Shown one piece after another: positions 43,390-56,401 of a stretch of 64,000 nucleotides of DNA (position 1 is the first letter of the stretch; each line of letters begins with the position of its first letter). The DNA lies in NCBI GenBank assembly GCA_964016885.1, contig OZ024740.1, positions 69,316,001 through 69,380,000 on the forward strand, written 5' to 3'. The notes beneath the pieces were generated by a model. That model was not told the DNA's origin and searched no databases. It saw only the letters and a list, made by a program, of their open reading frames with translations. This DNA is from Eledone cirrhosa. Lineage: Eukaryota. The position numbers and the translations under genes are program-made.

Positions 43390-44630
43390 CGTGCATAAAA
43401 TAACACCAAGAATAGTATGCTCCTGGAACTAATGGTGCCCAACGCTTTTGGTTGAAGAAGTTGACATCTTTACATGAGGGGATCACACACAGCTCAAATG
43501 AATGCCATGTTAATCAACCATGCAGGGATGCCTATATGGATGACAACGGGTTGGACACTGCTCTATCAGAAGGACATTGCTAAAGGTGATCTAGTAGATA
43601 ATTTTAGAGCCATATCTTGCTTGCCAATAATGTAGAAACTAATGACCGGTATCTTCTCAGAGACCGTGTATAAGTTCCTTGGGGAGAATCACGTTCTAAA
43701 GGCAGGGCAGAAAGGGTGTAAAAAGAACACCAAGGGTACAAAAGATAAATTGCTGTTTGATAAAACAATCCGAGCAGATTACGAGATGAATCACAAGTAC
43801 TTAGCCATGGCATGATTGGAATATAAGAAAGCCTACGACTTGGTATCGCACAGGTGGATATTTGAGTGTCTGAAATTTACTCAAATGGCAGACAATATAA
43901 TTAAATTTATTGAAAGATCGATGGTCAGCTAAAAAACAGAGTTAATTTCCTAGGGGAAACAGTTGGGCTCTGTTAACTTCACGAAGGTGTATATTTCAGG
44001 GAAACAGTTTAGCACTCCTATTTGTAATCTGTATGACCCTCCTGACTCAAGACCTGGAAAGAATGAAAATAGGATATGTGCTAAATGATATTAATATTAA
44101 CCACTTGTTAGTCAGAGATAATTTAAAGTTATTTGCGAAAGAAGAGGACAAGATTGACAACTTAACATCTACTGTAAACCTGAGTAGTCGGGATATTGGA
44201 ATGGAGTGTGGGATAAAATAATGTGGCGTTGTAACACTGAAACGTGGAAAATTAATAATGATTAATGGGATTGGGCTTGCAAATGGCGTGACTACCAAAG
44301 AAGTGAGAAAGGAAGGATACCAGTATTTGTAAGTATTTAAGTTAGATAAGATTAAAGAAAAAAAATGAAGGTCATGTTCAAAAATGATAATCTCGGTTTC
44401 AACTTGTCTAAATTGAATCAAAGGAATAAGATCAAGGCAACGAATACATGGGCTGTGTCACTCATGCACTATGGGGAAGGAGTTACATGAATTGGAAAGT
44501 ATTGAGAGGAAAACTAGGGAAGTGATGACACAAGACTTTATATTGGAAGAAAGGAAGTAGAGGAATAATAATGTGTGTAAATTTTGACAAAAGCGAAGGA
44601 AACAACTTAGCTTGGTACATTAAAAATTAA
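43390..44630 (+). pseudogene. R4/Dong-like non-LTR reverse transcriptase pseudogene
   Basis: APGTNG..FWLKKLTSLH, NFRAISCLP, YKKAYDLVSH, IFQGNSLA, INHLLVRDNLKLF (degenerate MDD motif), DIGMECG. Confidence 0.8.
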
Positions 44631-44879
44631 GGGGTAACATCATGCCAAAAGTACTAGCTATCTTCAAGCTATTGATAGATTCCGTGCCCAAACTGGCAAA
44701 ACCATATTGGGATCTTCTCCGAGGAAAGCGATTTTTCATGAAGCAAGGTTAACCCCAACTCACTTGTTGATAGAAGAATACAGGAAACGCGAATTGCTTA
44801 TTGCTCTAGTTTAAATGAAAAAGAAAACAGCATGATGCTTGGCTTCCTCCATGAGTAGAACAATTTAAATCACTTAAAA

Positions 44880-45125
44880 TAATGATTAAAAACACAAAAG
44901 AGGAAGCGAAAGAAATGCATAACGCTATAACACAGTCAGTCTCTTTTAACTGCTGGGTCTACTACACAGACGAGGCACATTCAGACAACGGAGCGGGTTG
45001 TGGAGTCTCTTGGTCTTTCAAAAATAATTATAGAGATATGAATTTCAGATTACATCGAAATTACACTATATTTGATGCAGCATGGATGGGAATTGCATCT
45101 ACCAGTGTGAGAGAGGGGCCTTACT
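44880..45125 (+). pseudogene. RNase H-like fragment, probably from a LINE
   Basis: VYYTDEAHSDNGAGCGV...FRL..NYTIFDAAWMGI resembles the YTDGS..GAG and IFxAELxAI motifs. Confidence 0.55.
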
Positions 45126-45183
45126 GAATCCATTTGTTTAAAAACTACTAACATTACCAAATATATACAAAATATCTGAGTAC

Positions 45184-45325
45184 ATGGAAGCTACGAAAAT
45201 ATTCAACGAACTAGGATATGTGGGATCCGTGTCAGCATATGCTGACGACGTCACCGTAATGGTGTCGAACACCAAACATATTGAGATGATCGGCACCACT
45301 CTGAAGGAGCACGCACAAGTATCGA
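45184..45325 (+). pseudogene. Short non-LTR RT fragment (L1/Tx1-like)
   Basis: VSAYADDVTVMVS...IGTTLKEHAQVS. Confidence 0.55.
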
Positions 45326-47844
45326 ACACCGAAAATAATGATTGCGAAGTAAACTTTTTTAACTATTCGACTGTGCTGCATGCACTGAAGGATGAAAAAC
45401 ATAATTGGTATTCACTGTATTTCAAATCAGACCTTAAACGTGCGCAACTTTACAACAAATTCTATCCGCGAATCTCTTGTTTATTTTCGAATACACTTCG
45501 TCCGATGAACTAATGGATAGCCAACAGTTCAATATCAGAGAATTTGAAAGTAGCGACAAGCACGGGATATTTCTTTAAGTTAGAAATATTAAGAAACGAA
45601 CCAGATAACGCAAAACATTTCACTAAGCTCGATACTAACTACTGCTCTAACTCGAATGTGAAGATTAGATGGAAGCAAATATACATGAAAAAGAAACGAA
45701 ACAAAATTAGTTGAATACCATTTGTTCGTAAACTGAGTTATCAAGTCAATTGAATTAGTGAACGTTTCACACGAAAATAGTTCAATAAATGTTTTTCTTT
45801 ATTTCTTTATGCTAGTAACTGCAATGAAACATTGACAGGCAGCTTAGCTTTGTCAAGAATGTAATTAGGCAGTTTAGACAGTAGTACACACTAAACCACC
45901 AGCTTATTGTTTCATCTCGAAACAAAAAATAATAATAAATAATCCCCTTCTTCTTCCACCAATTTTATCTCTATTACTACCCCTGCCAAGAATAAAACTG
46001 AAATTATGTAGTCCATTGTGTGAAGATATTTCTTTTTGACACAATGCCAAGTCTGTAAACACAGACGACATTGTTAATATTATTATTATTATTTATTTTA
46101 TTCTTTTGTTGTTGTTGTTGTTTTTTGGTTTGCCAGTGGGAATCTGCTTCTCATTCAATTATTGATGCATTACCAATGGTACTATACAATTAATGCATGG
46201 TGGTATCGCCATCAAAGACAAATTAAGGAGACTGACCTCGCTCCAGAGGGACTGTCATATTAGCCTTTTGATTAGTCAGATATTGGTCAAATAGTTGAAG
46301 CATATTGTCATCCAAATACCGGCGACCATTTCCGTAGTGAGTTGGCTTTATTATTTGTTACAAGGACTAATCTTTTATAGGCTTCACTTGCAAGTCGGTA
46401 CGATCAGAAGAGTCATGTAATTAGTAAGAAATCAAAGTTATTAGATACGTCAACAGTGTAGATGAGAGAAAGCAATTTTATTAACAATATATGATAAACG
46501 CAAAAATGATATTGTAGAAATTCTTGACCAGAATTTGCTAAGAGAATTTAATGACTGTGGGACAAATAACTGACTCAAGTAAAAAGATGCTAATTCTATG
46601 GAATTCTTTTAATGAATGAATTTCTCTCGATAATTCGAATGATGTTCGGGTGCGTAAACATATAATGGCATTTGAACAAACGATCCCAAAGAGGCTGAAA
46701 TGAAGTGGAATCGCAATAGTAAACATCATGAACATAAACTGAACCCGATACAACTCCTTTGATCAAGTGAGTAGCATTTTATAATAAATCATGGTCAAGT
46801 GAATATAAAACTGAGCTACTAAGTCATGAATCCCAAATTCCTAACATCTTAAGTGGTTTTACAGCAGACTGCTGAGGAAAATTGTGGAGAAATTATCGGC
46901 AAGTTATTTGTATCTTGCCCTGGATTAGACTTAGTCAATATCTATTTTAAGTTAAAGAATTCATAATTAAGCAGCATCATTAGAGATAAATTTGATTCAC
47001 AGTGGGATTTTCCTTCATAACATTTAGATCTGGCCGAATCATAAAGTTTAGAATTTGGTTCCACAGCATGACAAATTGAACAAGACTCGTTTATCATGGC
47101 GTGGGTTTGATCTATGCCTTATTAAGGAAAGTGGATAGACGTAAAATATTTGGAAACCCACTGGATGGACTGTGTCTGTAAATCAAATACCCAGCCTTGT
47201 CACTCATTATATCACGATGAATACCCTTGAAAATTACATTAAACTTCCTTTTGTCTGCTGAATATTCTGCCACTAGGTCGTGAATTTAATGAGAGGGCTG
47301 TTTAGTTTACTGAACACCGGTAACGCTGCTAGATGAAAGGGAGAGAGATACGGTTGTATTTAGATTTTCATGTGTATGATCACTACATTAATAATATTCA
47401 TTTCTAATAGAATTTTAATTTCTTACTGTACATAGTATCTTATCAACCGGTAAGAGTTTCAATCGTTAAATAATATGATGTTAATAAAAAATTATTCCCC
47501 AATATTTTCTATGATTTTTTTCAAAAAACCTTAAGTAGATCGACTTATGTCTAGATTGACTAGCTACGAATATAGAGTATTTATTTCTATAGTGATAACG
47601 CTTGTGTCATAGACGTCTCTTGATAACTTATTCGGCCAGTCGTAACTTCTGTTTGTGTTGTTAATCTATTCGGCCAGTCGTAACTTCTTTAAAACATATC
47701 TACGATGTTGTTGTGTAACCTTATGGCAGCTCTGATTGAACATACTTATATGCAAATATCTTCCTGCCGTTACATACACATGAACACACACAAACATATA
47801 CGCACACACAGTTGTATATATACATAAATATACATACATAAAAA

Positions 47845-48169
47845 GGGTAAAGACCCCCTTCAGTCACTAATGACCATGGGATTTGCACCTAGGAAGCTCC
47901 CGTCCGAGGCACAAGTCCGAGCAAGGTTGTTTGTGGAAAACCACAGTCGCCCATGCATATCAATCTGCCCTCTTCCACAAGGGAAAGTCAAAGGAGGATA
48001 CAGTTTGGTACCAGTGACGTCGCAACTCATTTCTACAGCTGAATAAACTGGATCAACGTGAAATATAGTGTCTTGCTCAAGAACACAACGCAAAGCTGGG
48101 TTCGTAATCGAATTCACAAACTCACAATTGTAAGCCCGACGCACTAACCATTAATCCATGCGCCTTCAC
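47845..48169 (-). mobile_element. Full-length tRNA-derived SINE with a CORE/V-like central box
   Basis: Head GGCGCATGGATTAATGGTTAG..GAATTCGATT; box TTGTGTTCTTGAGCAAGACACT; 3' tail ending GGGGGTCTTTACCC. Confidence 0.75.
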
Positions 48170-48339
48170 ATACACCTATACACACACGCACACGCACACG
48201 CGCACCCCCCCCCCCCACACACACACACACACACATACACACATATATATATATAGTTTCAGAAGATCCCGTTAAGGGTGAAAGCAGCAATTATTTGCTT
48301 AAACTTTAATCTGTTATTTTAATAAATATATATATATAT

Positions 48340-48761
48340 ATTAGTTTTGCGAGGTTTTTTATATGAAATCGTGTGTCGAAACAAATATTGTTATACTGGG
48401 GGAGGGTCATATTTGTGTAATATTGCCAGAATTAATAACGGAGCACACTCGCTGTTTGGTTGGTTTTCGATAAAAATGGCGTAGACATACAATGTAACGG
48501 GAGGAAATAATAGCACCACTGACGGTGTTGCAGATGTGCAACGAAAGAACTTTGATAAACTATATATATGTGTTTGTGTCTATATTGTATCTGCATTATA
48601 TTTGACCGTCGGTCAGTCAATGGCAACATTGAGGACCGAATAAATAAGATTACCGATATAAAAGACACAGAAGCTAAAAGCGAAAACCAACTAAACAGTG
48701 AGTGTGTTCTGTTATTAATTCTGGCAATATTACACAAATATGACCCTCCCCAAGTATAACA

Positions 48762-48762
<1 letters not shown>
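48340..48762. mobile_element. Non-coding fold-back of the terminal repeat of the 16257-18570 PLE family
   Basis: GGGGAGGGTCATATTTG at 48398 and inverted at 48735-48751. Hammerhead-like CTGACGG-TGTTGCA-GATG-TGCAAC-GAAA at 48515-48556. Confidence 0.75.
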
Positions 48763-48801
<39 letters not shown>

Positions 48802-48912
48802 CCATATATATATATATATATATATATATAGTAATAGTGTCAGAAGAACCCGTAAAGGGTGAAAGCACCGATTATTTGCTTAATCTTTAATCTGTTGTTT
48901 TAATATATACAG

Positions 48913-48961
48913 GATTCCTGATGATTTCTAATGAATGAAACAGTTCTAGTCCTGTAGAATC
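48913..48961 (+). ncRNA. Type I hammerhead ribozyme motif
   Basis: GATTC-CTGATGA-TTTC-TAAT-GAAT-GAAA-CAG-TTCTAGTC-CTG-TA-GAATC: all three stems form, GUA site. Confidence 0.85.
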
Positions 48962-49044
48962 TCATCTATATTATAACTTTTATACTCTGCTATGTATTGA
49001 GTACCTTACTTACTGTGGTTACCTCCGATTCAACCCGGAATAAC

Positions 49045-49085
<41 letters not shown>

Positions 49086-49087
<2 letters not shown>

Positions 49088-52000
49088 GGAAACATTTGAA
49101 CAGGGACAAAACAGAGAGGCAGTACAACGAATGTTTATTAATTTCACGCTCTGGAGAGTGGGGTGTTGGTGGGGGTCGACCTTTCGGGCATAAGCCCTTC
49201 CTCAGGTGAGAAGTGTGTGGAAACAGAGTTCAAAGGGTGTGTAGGGGAGTGGTGGAGAGACATATAGCGAAAGGAAACGGTGCGAATGAAAAAATAAAAA
49301 ATAAAGATAAAAATAAAAATAAAGCATGATCAAAATACAAGGAATGAGATAAATTTAAAAATAAAGGCATGACCAAAATAAACTGAAATTAAAAGGGGGG
49401 TAAACAGGTGGTGGAAGGGTGTGGAGTGTGTAGGGGTGGTGGCCGGTGGAGTGGGGAGAGGGAGACGGGGTGTCCGAGCGGGGAGGGCTGAAGGTGGTGT
49501 GTGTGTGTGTAGGTGTGCGTTTGTGTGTGTGTGTATGTGAAAGTAAGGGTTGGGGGAAGAACGGGGTTGCATGTTCAGGAAGAGGTGTGGGGGGTCGTAG
49601 TGTCTGTGCGTGTGTGGATAGAGGGGTGGGGGGAGAGGAATCAGGAGGCTGAGGGTGTAAATATGTGGTGGAAAGCACGTGTGTGTGAGGTTTAAGCGTG
49701 ATGTGGGTGTAGGTGGCGTGTAAAGAAAAACATTTTTTTGGGGGTGTGTGTGTGTGTGCATAGGTGATTACGTAAGAGGATGGTTGAAAAGTTGGTAAAT
49801 TCCGAAGATGTTTAGTGGATTGGTTGCTGGTCAATTTCTGCGTGTGGGTATTCCATGAAGCGATGGTCGGAAGAGGAGAGATGTGGGGTGCGCGCGCAAC
49901 AGGAAGTGGTCAGCAGTCGGAGTGCTGTGGTCTGTTTGTGCTGGGAGGTGGTCAGAGGGCATAGCAGCAGTCGGTGGAATGGTAAAGGGGCGAGGATGGT
50001 TAGGTGTGAAAGTTGGAGTGAGGAGGGTGTGTGTGTGTGTGTATTAGTAGGGGTGTTAGTGGGATGAGTGAATGTGGAGCGAGGGTGTGGGTGGAGCGGG
50101 GAGAGAAGGGTGTGTGTGGTTCTATGGAGGGAGTGTGGTGTACTGGTGTGTGTGTAGTTTAATGAAGAGGTGTTAGTGGGTGTTAGTATACGGGAGGTGG
50201 GGAGGGGTTGAATGCAGGTGTGAGTGGGGGTTAGTGGTGGTAGGGTGTGTAGAATTGGTGGTGTACGAGGGTGTGTGGGTGCGTGTGCGTGGGGTTGGGG
50301 GTGTTGGTGATGTTAGTTGCGTGTGGGGTGGGTGGTGTAAGTGGATGCGTGTGTTCGTGTGCTTGGGGTTAGGGGGTGTTAGTGAGGTTAGTTGCGGACT
50401 GGTGGGATGGAGGTGTGGGGATGAGAGGTGTGGGGGTGAGGGTTAGTGGTGGTAGTAGGGGGTGTGTTTAGTGTAAGCGCGTGTATATATGTGCCGGTGG
50501 GTGTGTGCGTGTCATAAGGAGGGGGGAGGAGGAGAAGAGGGGAGGGAAAGGATGTTAGTATGTTAGTTGGGGAAGGGTGGTCAGATGAGGGGTGGAGTGG
50601 AGGTGTTAGTATTGTTAGTTGTGGGGTGGGTGGTGAAAAGGAGGGGTGTGTTAGTGGTGTTAGTGGGGGATAAGTGTGGGGGGAGGGGGGCGGTAGAAGG
50701 CTAAAGGAATAAGGGTGGGGAGTTCAGGCCGGGGGGGAGTGTGGGTCTGTAAGATGAAGATAGTTCGTTGTTCGACCGTAAGGCGATTGGCTGGTATTCC
50801 GTGGCACTGGAGTAGGCCACAGACTGTGAGATGGCGTGCGGAATGTCCAGGGCCACCAAAGTGGCGGGCGATGGGGAACTGCCCCCGAGACGAATATCCC
50901 GGAGGTGCTCCGTGACTCGGTCCGCCAGACGACGTCCCGTCTGTCCGACATAAATCCGTAGACTAGGTTGGAGGAGGTGCAGCGGAAGGCATGGCGGACA
51001 GAGAGAGAGTGGCCGTTGGGACCCTGGAAGGTGGTGGCGTTGGTGATGTGGGGACAGGTGTTGCAGCGGGGCCTAGAACAGGGAAAGGAATCGGGGGGGG
51101 GAGCGTGGGTTGGGGGTAGGGAGCTGTGGACGAGGAGGGTGCGAAGATTGCGTGCGCGTTTGAAGGAGGGGAGTGGTGGGGTTGGGAAGATATAGGAGGT
51201 GGAGGGGTCGGACTGGAGGCGTCGGAAGAGGCGGCGGATGGTGCGGTGGAGGGTGCGGTGGAGGGGTGGTAGGTGATGGGGAAGGGGAGATGGTGGGTGG
51301 GTGTGCGGTGGCGTGGGGTGAGGGTGGTGGAGCGGCGGACAGCACGGGCGCGGGTGAGAGCGGTGTGGACGAGTGAGGGGGGTAACCTCTGCGGATGAAA
51401 TGGCTGACTAGGGAAAGGGCCTGGGACTCAAAGTCTGCATCACGGCTACAGAAGCGGCGGATCCTGAGAAGTTGGGAGTAGGGAATGGAGTGTTTAGTGT
51501 GGGTGGGGTGGGAAGAGGTGAAGTCGAGGTAAGAGTGGGAGTCGGTGGGTTTGAAGAAGGCGGAGGTGACGAGGTAGTGGTGGGAGGGGTCGAAGGCGAC
51601 GGAGATATCTAAGAAGTGGACGTGGGTGGTGGAGATAGAGGTGGTGAAGTGGAGGGAGGGGTGGAAGGAGCAGAAGAAGGAGAGAAAGGAGTCGAGCTGT
51701 TCTCGGGTGAGGGTCGTGGCTCCGATACAGTCGTCAATGTAACGACCGTACAGTTCGGGCGTGGGGCCGGTGTACTGGGCAAAGATTTGGGCCTCAACAT
51801 GGCCAACAAAAAGGTTGGCATAGTACCCATGGCTACCCCCGTGACCTGTTGGTAAAACTCACCCGAGAAGGATAAACAATTCAGGGTGAGGACCTGCTCG
51901 GCGAGGCGAAGGAGGGTGGGGGTGGAGGGAATGAGGGAGGGGCGAAGGTCGAGGTAGTGTTTGAGGACGCGAAGGCCGTCGGCGTGGGGGCTGACTGTAT

Positions 52001-52712
52001 AGAGGGACTTGATGTCTAGGGTGAAGAGGAAGGGCTGTGGGCCGGGTGTGTAGGTGAAGGAGTCGAAAAGGCGCAGGGCGTGGTTGGTGTCGGAGATGTG
52101 GGAGGGGAGGGTGGTGACAAGGGGGGCGAGGAGGGAGTCGAGAAAGGCGGAGATGAGTTCGGTGGGGTAGTTGCAAGCGGAGACGATGGGGCGGCCGGGT
52201 TTGTCGGGTTTGTGGAGTTTGGGGAGGAAGTAGATGGTGGGGGTGCGGGGGGTGCGGACAATGAGGTGGGAGGCGGTGGGGGGGGGGGGGGATAAGGTCT
52301 TTGATGGTGGAGGAGACTTGTTGTTGGTAGAGGGGGGTGGGATCGGAGGGTAGAGGGTGGTAAAAGAGGGGGTTACAGAGCTGCCTGAGGGCTTCGGCCG
52401 TGTAGAGGTCCGCGCGCCACACCACTACGGCGCCTCCCTTGTCCGCCGGTTTGATGATGATGTCATCTCGGCTACGGAGGGAGCGGAGAGCGAGGAGTTC
52501 GCCCCATGAGATATTGTACCGTTTGTGACGGTGGCGGAAGTCGAAACGATTTACTGCGCTACGGCTGGCATCGACGAAGGCGTCCAGGGTGCTAAATTGC
52601 CCTGGGGCCGGCGTCCAAGAAGATGGTCGTCGGCCCAGGGCGAGAAACGGGTCTGGGGCGTCCGGAGCCGGTGGCGTTCGGCCTAAATGTGCCTGTAGCT
52701 TAGTGCGACGCA
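49086..52712 (-). mobile_element. Neptune-like Penelope-like retroelement, 5'-truncated copy
   Basis: IIKPADKGGAVVVW, LDIKSLYT, GVAMG, GRY.DD, KPTDSHSYL, IPYSQLLRIRR, CxxxxCxxC linker. ~1.6-kb 3' region with core CTGAGGA-AGGGC-TTAT-GCCC-GAAA at 49174-49209. The 3' end abuts (TA)n. Confidence 0.9.
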
Positions 52713-53010
52713 GGGGAGGGTCATATTTGTGTATATTGCCAGAATTAATAACAGAACACACTCACTGTTTGGTTGGTTTGCGCTTTTCGCTTTTGTGTCC
52801 TTTATATCGGTAAGTTAATTTATTCGGTTCTCAATGTTGCCATTGACTGACCAACGGTCAAATATAATACAGATACAATATAGACACAAACATATCTATA
52901 TAGTTTATCAAAGTTCTTTCGTTGCACATCTGCACATCTGTACATCTGCAACATCGTCAATATTTGTTTCGACACACGATTTCATATCAAAATCCTCGCA
53001 AAACTAATTC
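52713..53010. repeat. PLE terminal-repeat fragment, inverted relative to 48520-48751 and 48340-48390
   Basis: Direct comparison by eye shows high but not complete identity. Confidence 0.8.
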
Positions 53011-53017
53011 ATCGCCG

Positions 53018-53076
<59 letters not shown>

Positions 53077-55164
53077 CATATAAGGTTTGCCATTACCCAA
53101 TGTAAAATTCTTTACATAACATTATCGGTTTTCATTTGAGTGACGTTTTGCTGCTCTTTCTAATAAGTTTTGAGATCACATAATGCTCTGTCATCAACTC
53201 GTAAAAGAGCGTCAGTTAGATAAGTAATTCTGTTGTATTTACTATTAGGTGTAGGAAAAAACATAAACATTTTATGCTTATTAAATTTACTTTTACTTTT
53301 ATTCGGTGTCAAGAACATAAATGTTAGTAATACATTAGAGTTACTTTACATGAATATATGTTTCTTCTATAAATGTTATGCATCCATCTTGTCTTCAGAA
53401 ATTTATCAGTTTTAGTATTCCACGAAGAGTTAGTAACTCCCATTGTAATTACTATTCTCATTCACGTTGATGATATATTAGAATCGGTAGTTTAATCAAA
53501 GAATGAACGAACTTAATTGATTTCCTGCATACTGATGAACGTGACATATAAGAACTGAGTAAAAAAGGAAAACAGTGGGACTGAGAAAAGTCTGGCTTAA
53601 AGGCTTGGGCATTAAATTATGGTTGTAATAGATTTAATTTCAGTCGACATCAATGTCTTTTCTGGTGGCTTAGTTTAACTTTTAATAAAATTACTCTTTT
53701 AATCCAATAATACTATTCGTTGTCGTTACACTTAAAGTTGAAGTCAGTGGGGACGGAGATATTTCTATTAAATTATTACATTCCCTCAGAAGTTGTGAAA
53801 AGCAGGAAAACCACGAAAAAGTTTTAAAGTATAAAAAAGATTTCAGTATGATTGATGAGACGGGAAAGTAAATGGTTTCCTTCTTTGTAGCCTGACAGCA
53901 AAACGAAACAATTACTCACCAGTTATTTTAGCTATTCTACGCAAGAGAAAATAATCTCAATTTTACCTTCATAACGGAACATAAAATGGCGTCTATTTGT
54001 TTTCAGAGCCACATCGGTCGTATGGAGTGTTATATAAGTTTCTATATTAAGAACGCTATCTTTATGGATAATCAAGAAAACATTATTTGTTGCAGTCGTT
54101 CATTTCTCTTAAATTGGATATTAATCTAATTTACCCTTTTCCCATAGAGTATCGCATTATTTTTATCTAAATCGATACGTTAATAAGGATTTTTATTATT
54201 CATTAATTTACTAGTTTAAGAAAACTGTTTAAGAATGTTAATTAAACTCACAAAAACGTCACATAAAATATAACATCAAAGCCTATTATCGCTTTCCTGG
54301 ACAGCTAATCAGTTCTCATAATGATACACACCTCTGTTGATCTGCGCATTGCGAAAATTGAATTTTCTGTATTGAGATTACTTTTCAAAGACCTTAAGGA
54401 CCAGCAGGAATCACAAGAAAACGTTAGAACATTACAGAATATATTATTAAATCCAAATGTCCGTTTCAAATAATCTTTATTTTTACATTGTTGTTCACTT
54501 TCCGAAAATAACTAGTTTCCTTGAATCAATTTCCTTAAATAGCAAGGAGGAAAGAATTGTGTATCACATAAACTACTGTTCGTCTTAAAAGACAGAATTC
54601 AATATACCACGAGATTTAGAAAACTATATTTTTGTGTACGCTGATGCAAGAAGATATACGAATCCCTGCGGGATATAATTGCATGAGAAAACCTTATTAT
54701 TGCTTTTTACATGAAAAAGAAACATCTGTAAACAAAATAACAAAGAACATCACAACTGTTTAGCAATCGTAAGTGTGAGAATAAAATAAGCCGTCCATTT
54801 AATTCTCATTTTCCAAGGAGAATGTATCATCTATTCTAATAAACAAGTAATACCCTATAAAGCGATCCGGCAAAATAGACTTGCTTTTAATACACAAATA
54901 AATAACAGACTGCTGTGATTATATAATTCTGGTCGTGTAATTTTGTCGAAGATTCAACAATAAATGGAGACTTCTTGGTAGCTTACAGATTGTCTGCAAA
55001 CAGACTAAAACCAAATGTTAATTTCACAGTGCACTGTAATATTTCTATTGCCAGGTTTGTACAGAAAATTGCTTGTCACGCTCGTTAACATATCGTAAAT
55101 GCATTAAGAAATGATTGGATTAATAGCGCAATGTAACCAACGGTGCATTTCAGCAGAACACACG

Positions 55165-55204
<40 letters not shown>

Positions 55205-55357
55205 CACACGCACGCGGACACACTCACACACACACCTATATATATATATATGGCGTGGCGGCAAACGAAAAGAAATATAAAAAATATGCGAAACAAATTA
55301 ACATAACAACCCATTTTTCTTTTTCGCCACACGTGTGCAGTGTTATTTCAAGCATAA

Positions 55358-55440
55358 AGATGTTATTGCATAGTATTGAAATATGGGACAATATATATAT
55401 ATATATATATTGTCCCATATTTCAATACTATGCAATAACA

Positions 55441-55478
<38 letters not shown>

Positions 55479-55500
55479 CCCGTATTTCAATACTATGCAA
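55358..55500. repeat. Perfect palindrome centred on (TA)n, plus a third partial copy
   Basis: AGATGTTATTGCATAGTATTGAAATATGGGACAA-(TA)n-TTGTCCCATATTTCAATACTATGCAATAACATCT. Confidence 0.9.
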
Positions 55501-55650
55501 TGAAATACAATGTATAATGAAATAAATATGGTTTTATAAATATAGTTTCCATTTGTTAATATCCTATTTTTACTCCAAATATTTGTTGAGTGCTTTATAT
55601 CAGTTATAAAAATATTTGCTTGTTGTATCCCAACAATTTAAATAGAACTT

Positions 55651-55694
<44 letters not shown>

Positions 55695-55698
<4 letters not shown>

Positions 55699-56030
55699 AA
55701 ATCTTGCAAAACAAATAAAAAACGAAGTATATATATATATATATATATATATACTTCGTTTTTTAATTTGTTTTGCAAGATTTCTTATCTGAAAACATGT
55801 GTTGAAACATATTTCTATACTTTGGGAGGGTCATGCTGGCAATAAAAACACACGCACCTTTTCGTTTTTTACTTCAATTTATTATATATTTCCGGTTGTT
55901 TGTTTGGTTGGTTGGTTCGATTTCGGAAGGTTGTTTATATATTGTCAAAGCTCTTTTGTCACACATTCTGTGACCACCTCAGTGATTGGGTTTTTAGTTT
56001 GTGTCCCTCCTTTGTTTTGTCATATATATA
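55695..56030. mobile_element. PLE terminal-repeat remnant (13425 family) whose terminus is mirrored across a (TA)n tract
   Basis: Palindrome at 55695-55788 centred on TA. It continues with GGGAGGGTCATG and a degenerate hammerhead at 55943-55985 (minus). Confidence 0.7.
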
Positions 56031-56401
56031 TATATAATGAAGAAAATTATTTCTTTTAGGAGGACTAGGAAAATGATAAATGGACTGTAAAATTTAGTTT
56101 AAACGATAATGTTTGTGCGTTACCTGGTATTTATTTGATTTCCGTGCCAATATCTTGTGACTTAAAAATCCCTTCCTCAGAAACAAATAGCAAAGTACCA
56201 AGACTGGAACATTATGCTCAGATATTTCCCCGCACACTGAGGAATTTATTTTTAAATTTCGAAATATAAGGACGGTAAACATTTATAAATAACAGCTAAC
56301 ACAACATATTCGGAGCCTTCATTTAAACTCAGTTTTAGAGTCAATTTCAGATTGTCTTAGCATTCTTAAAGGAAATCATTTTCTACATTAAACACTATAC
56401 A

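Noticed and set aside
49330-52295. Gly/Val-rich and Pro/His-rich ORFs
   Set aside because: They are antisense or alternate frames of the compositionally skewed Neptune-like element.
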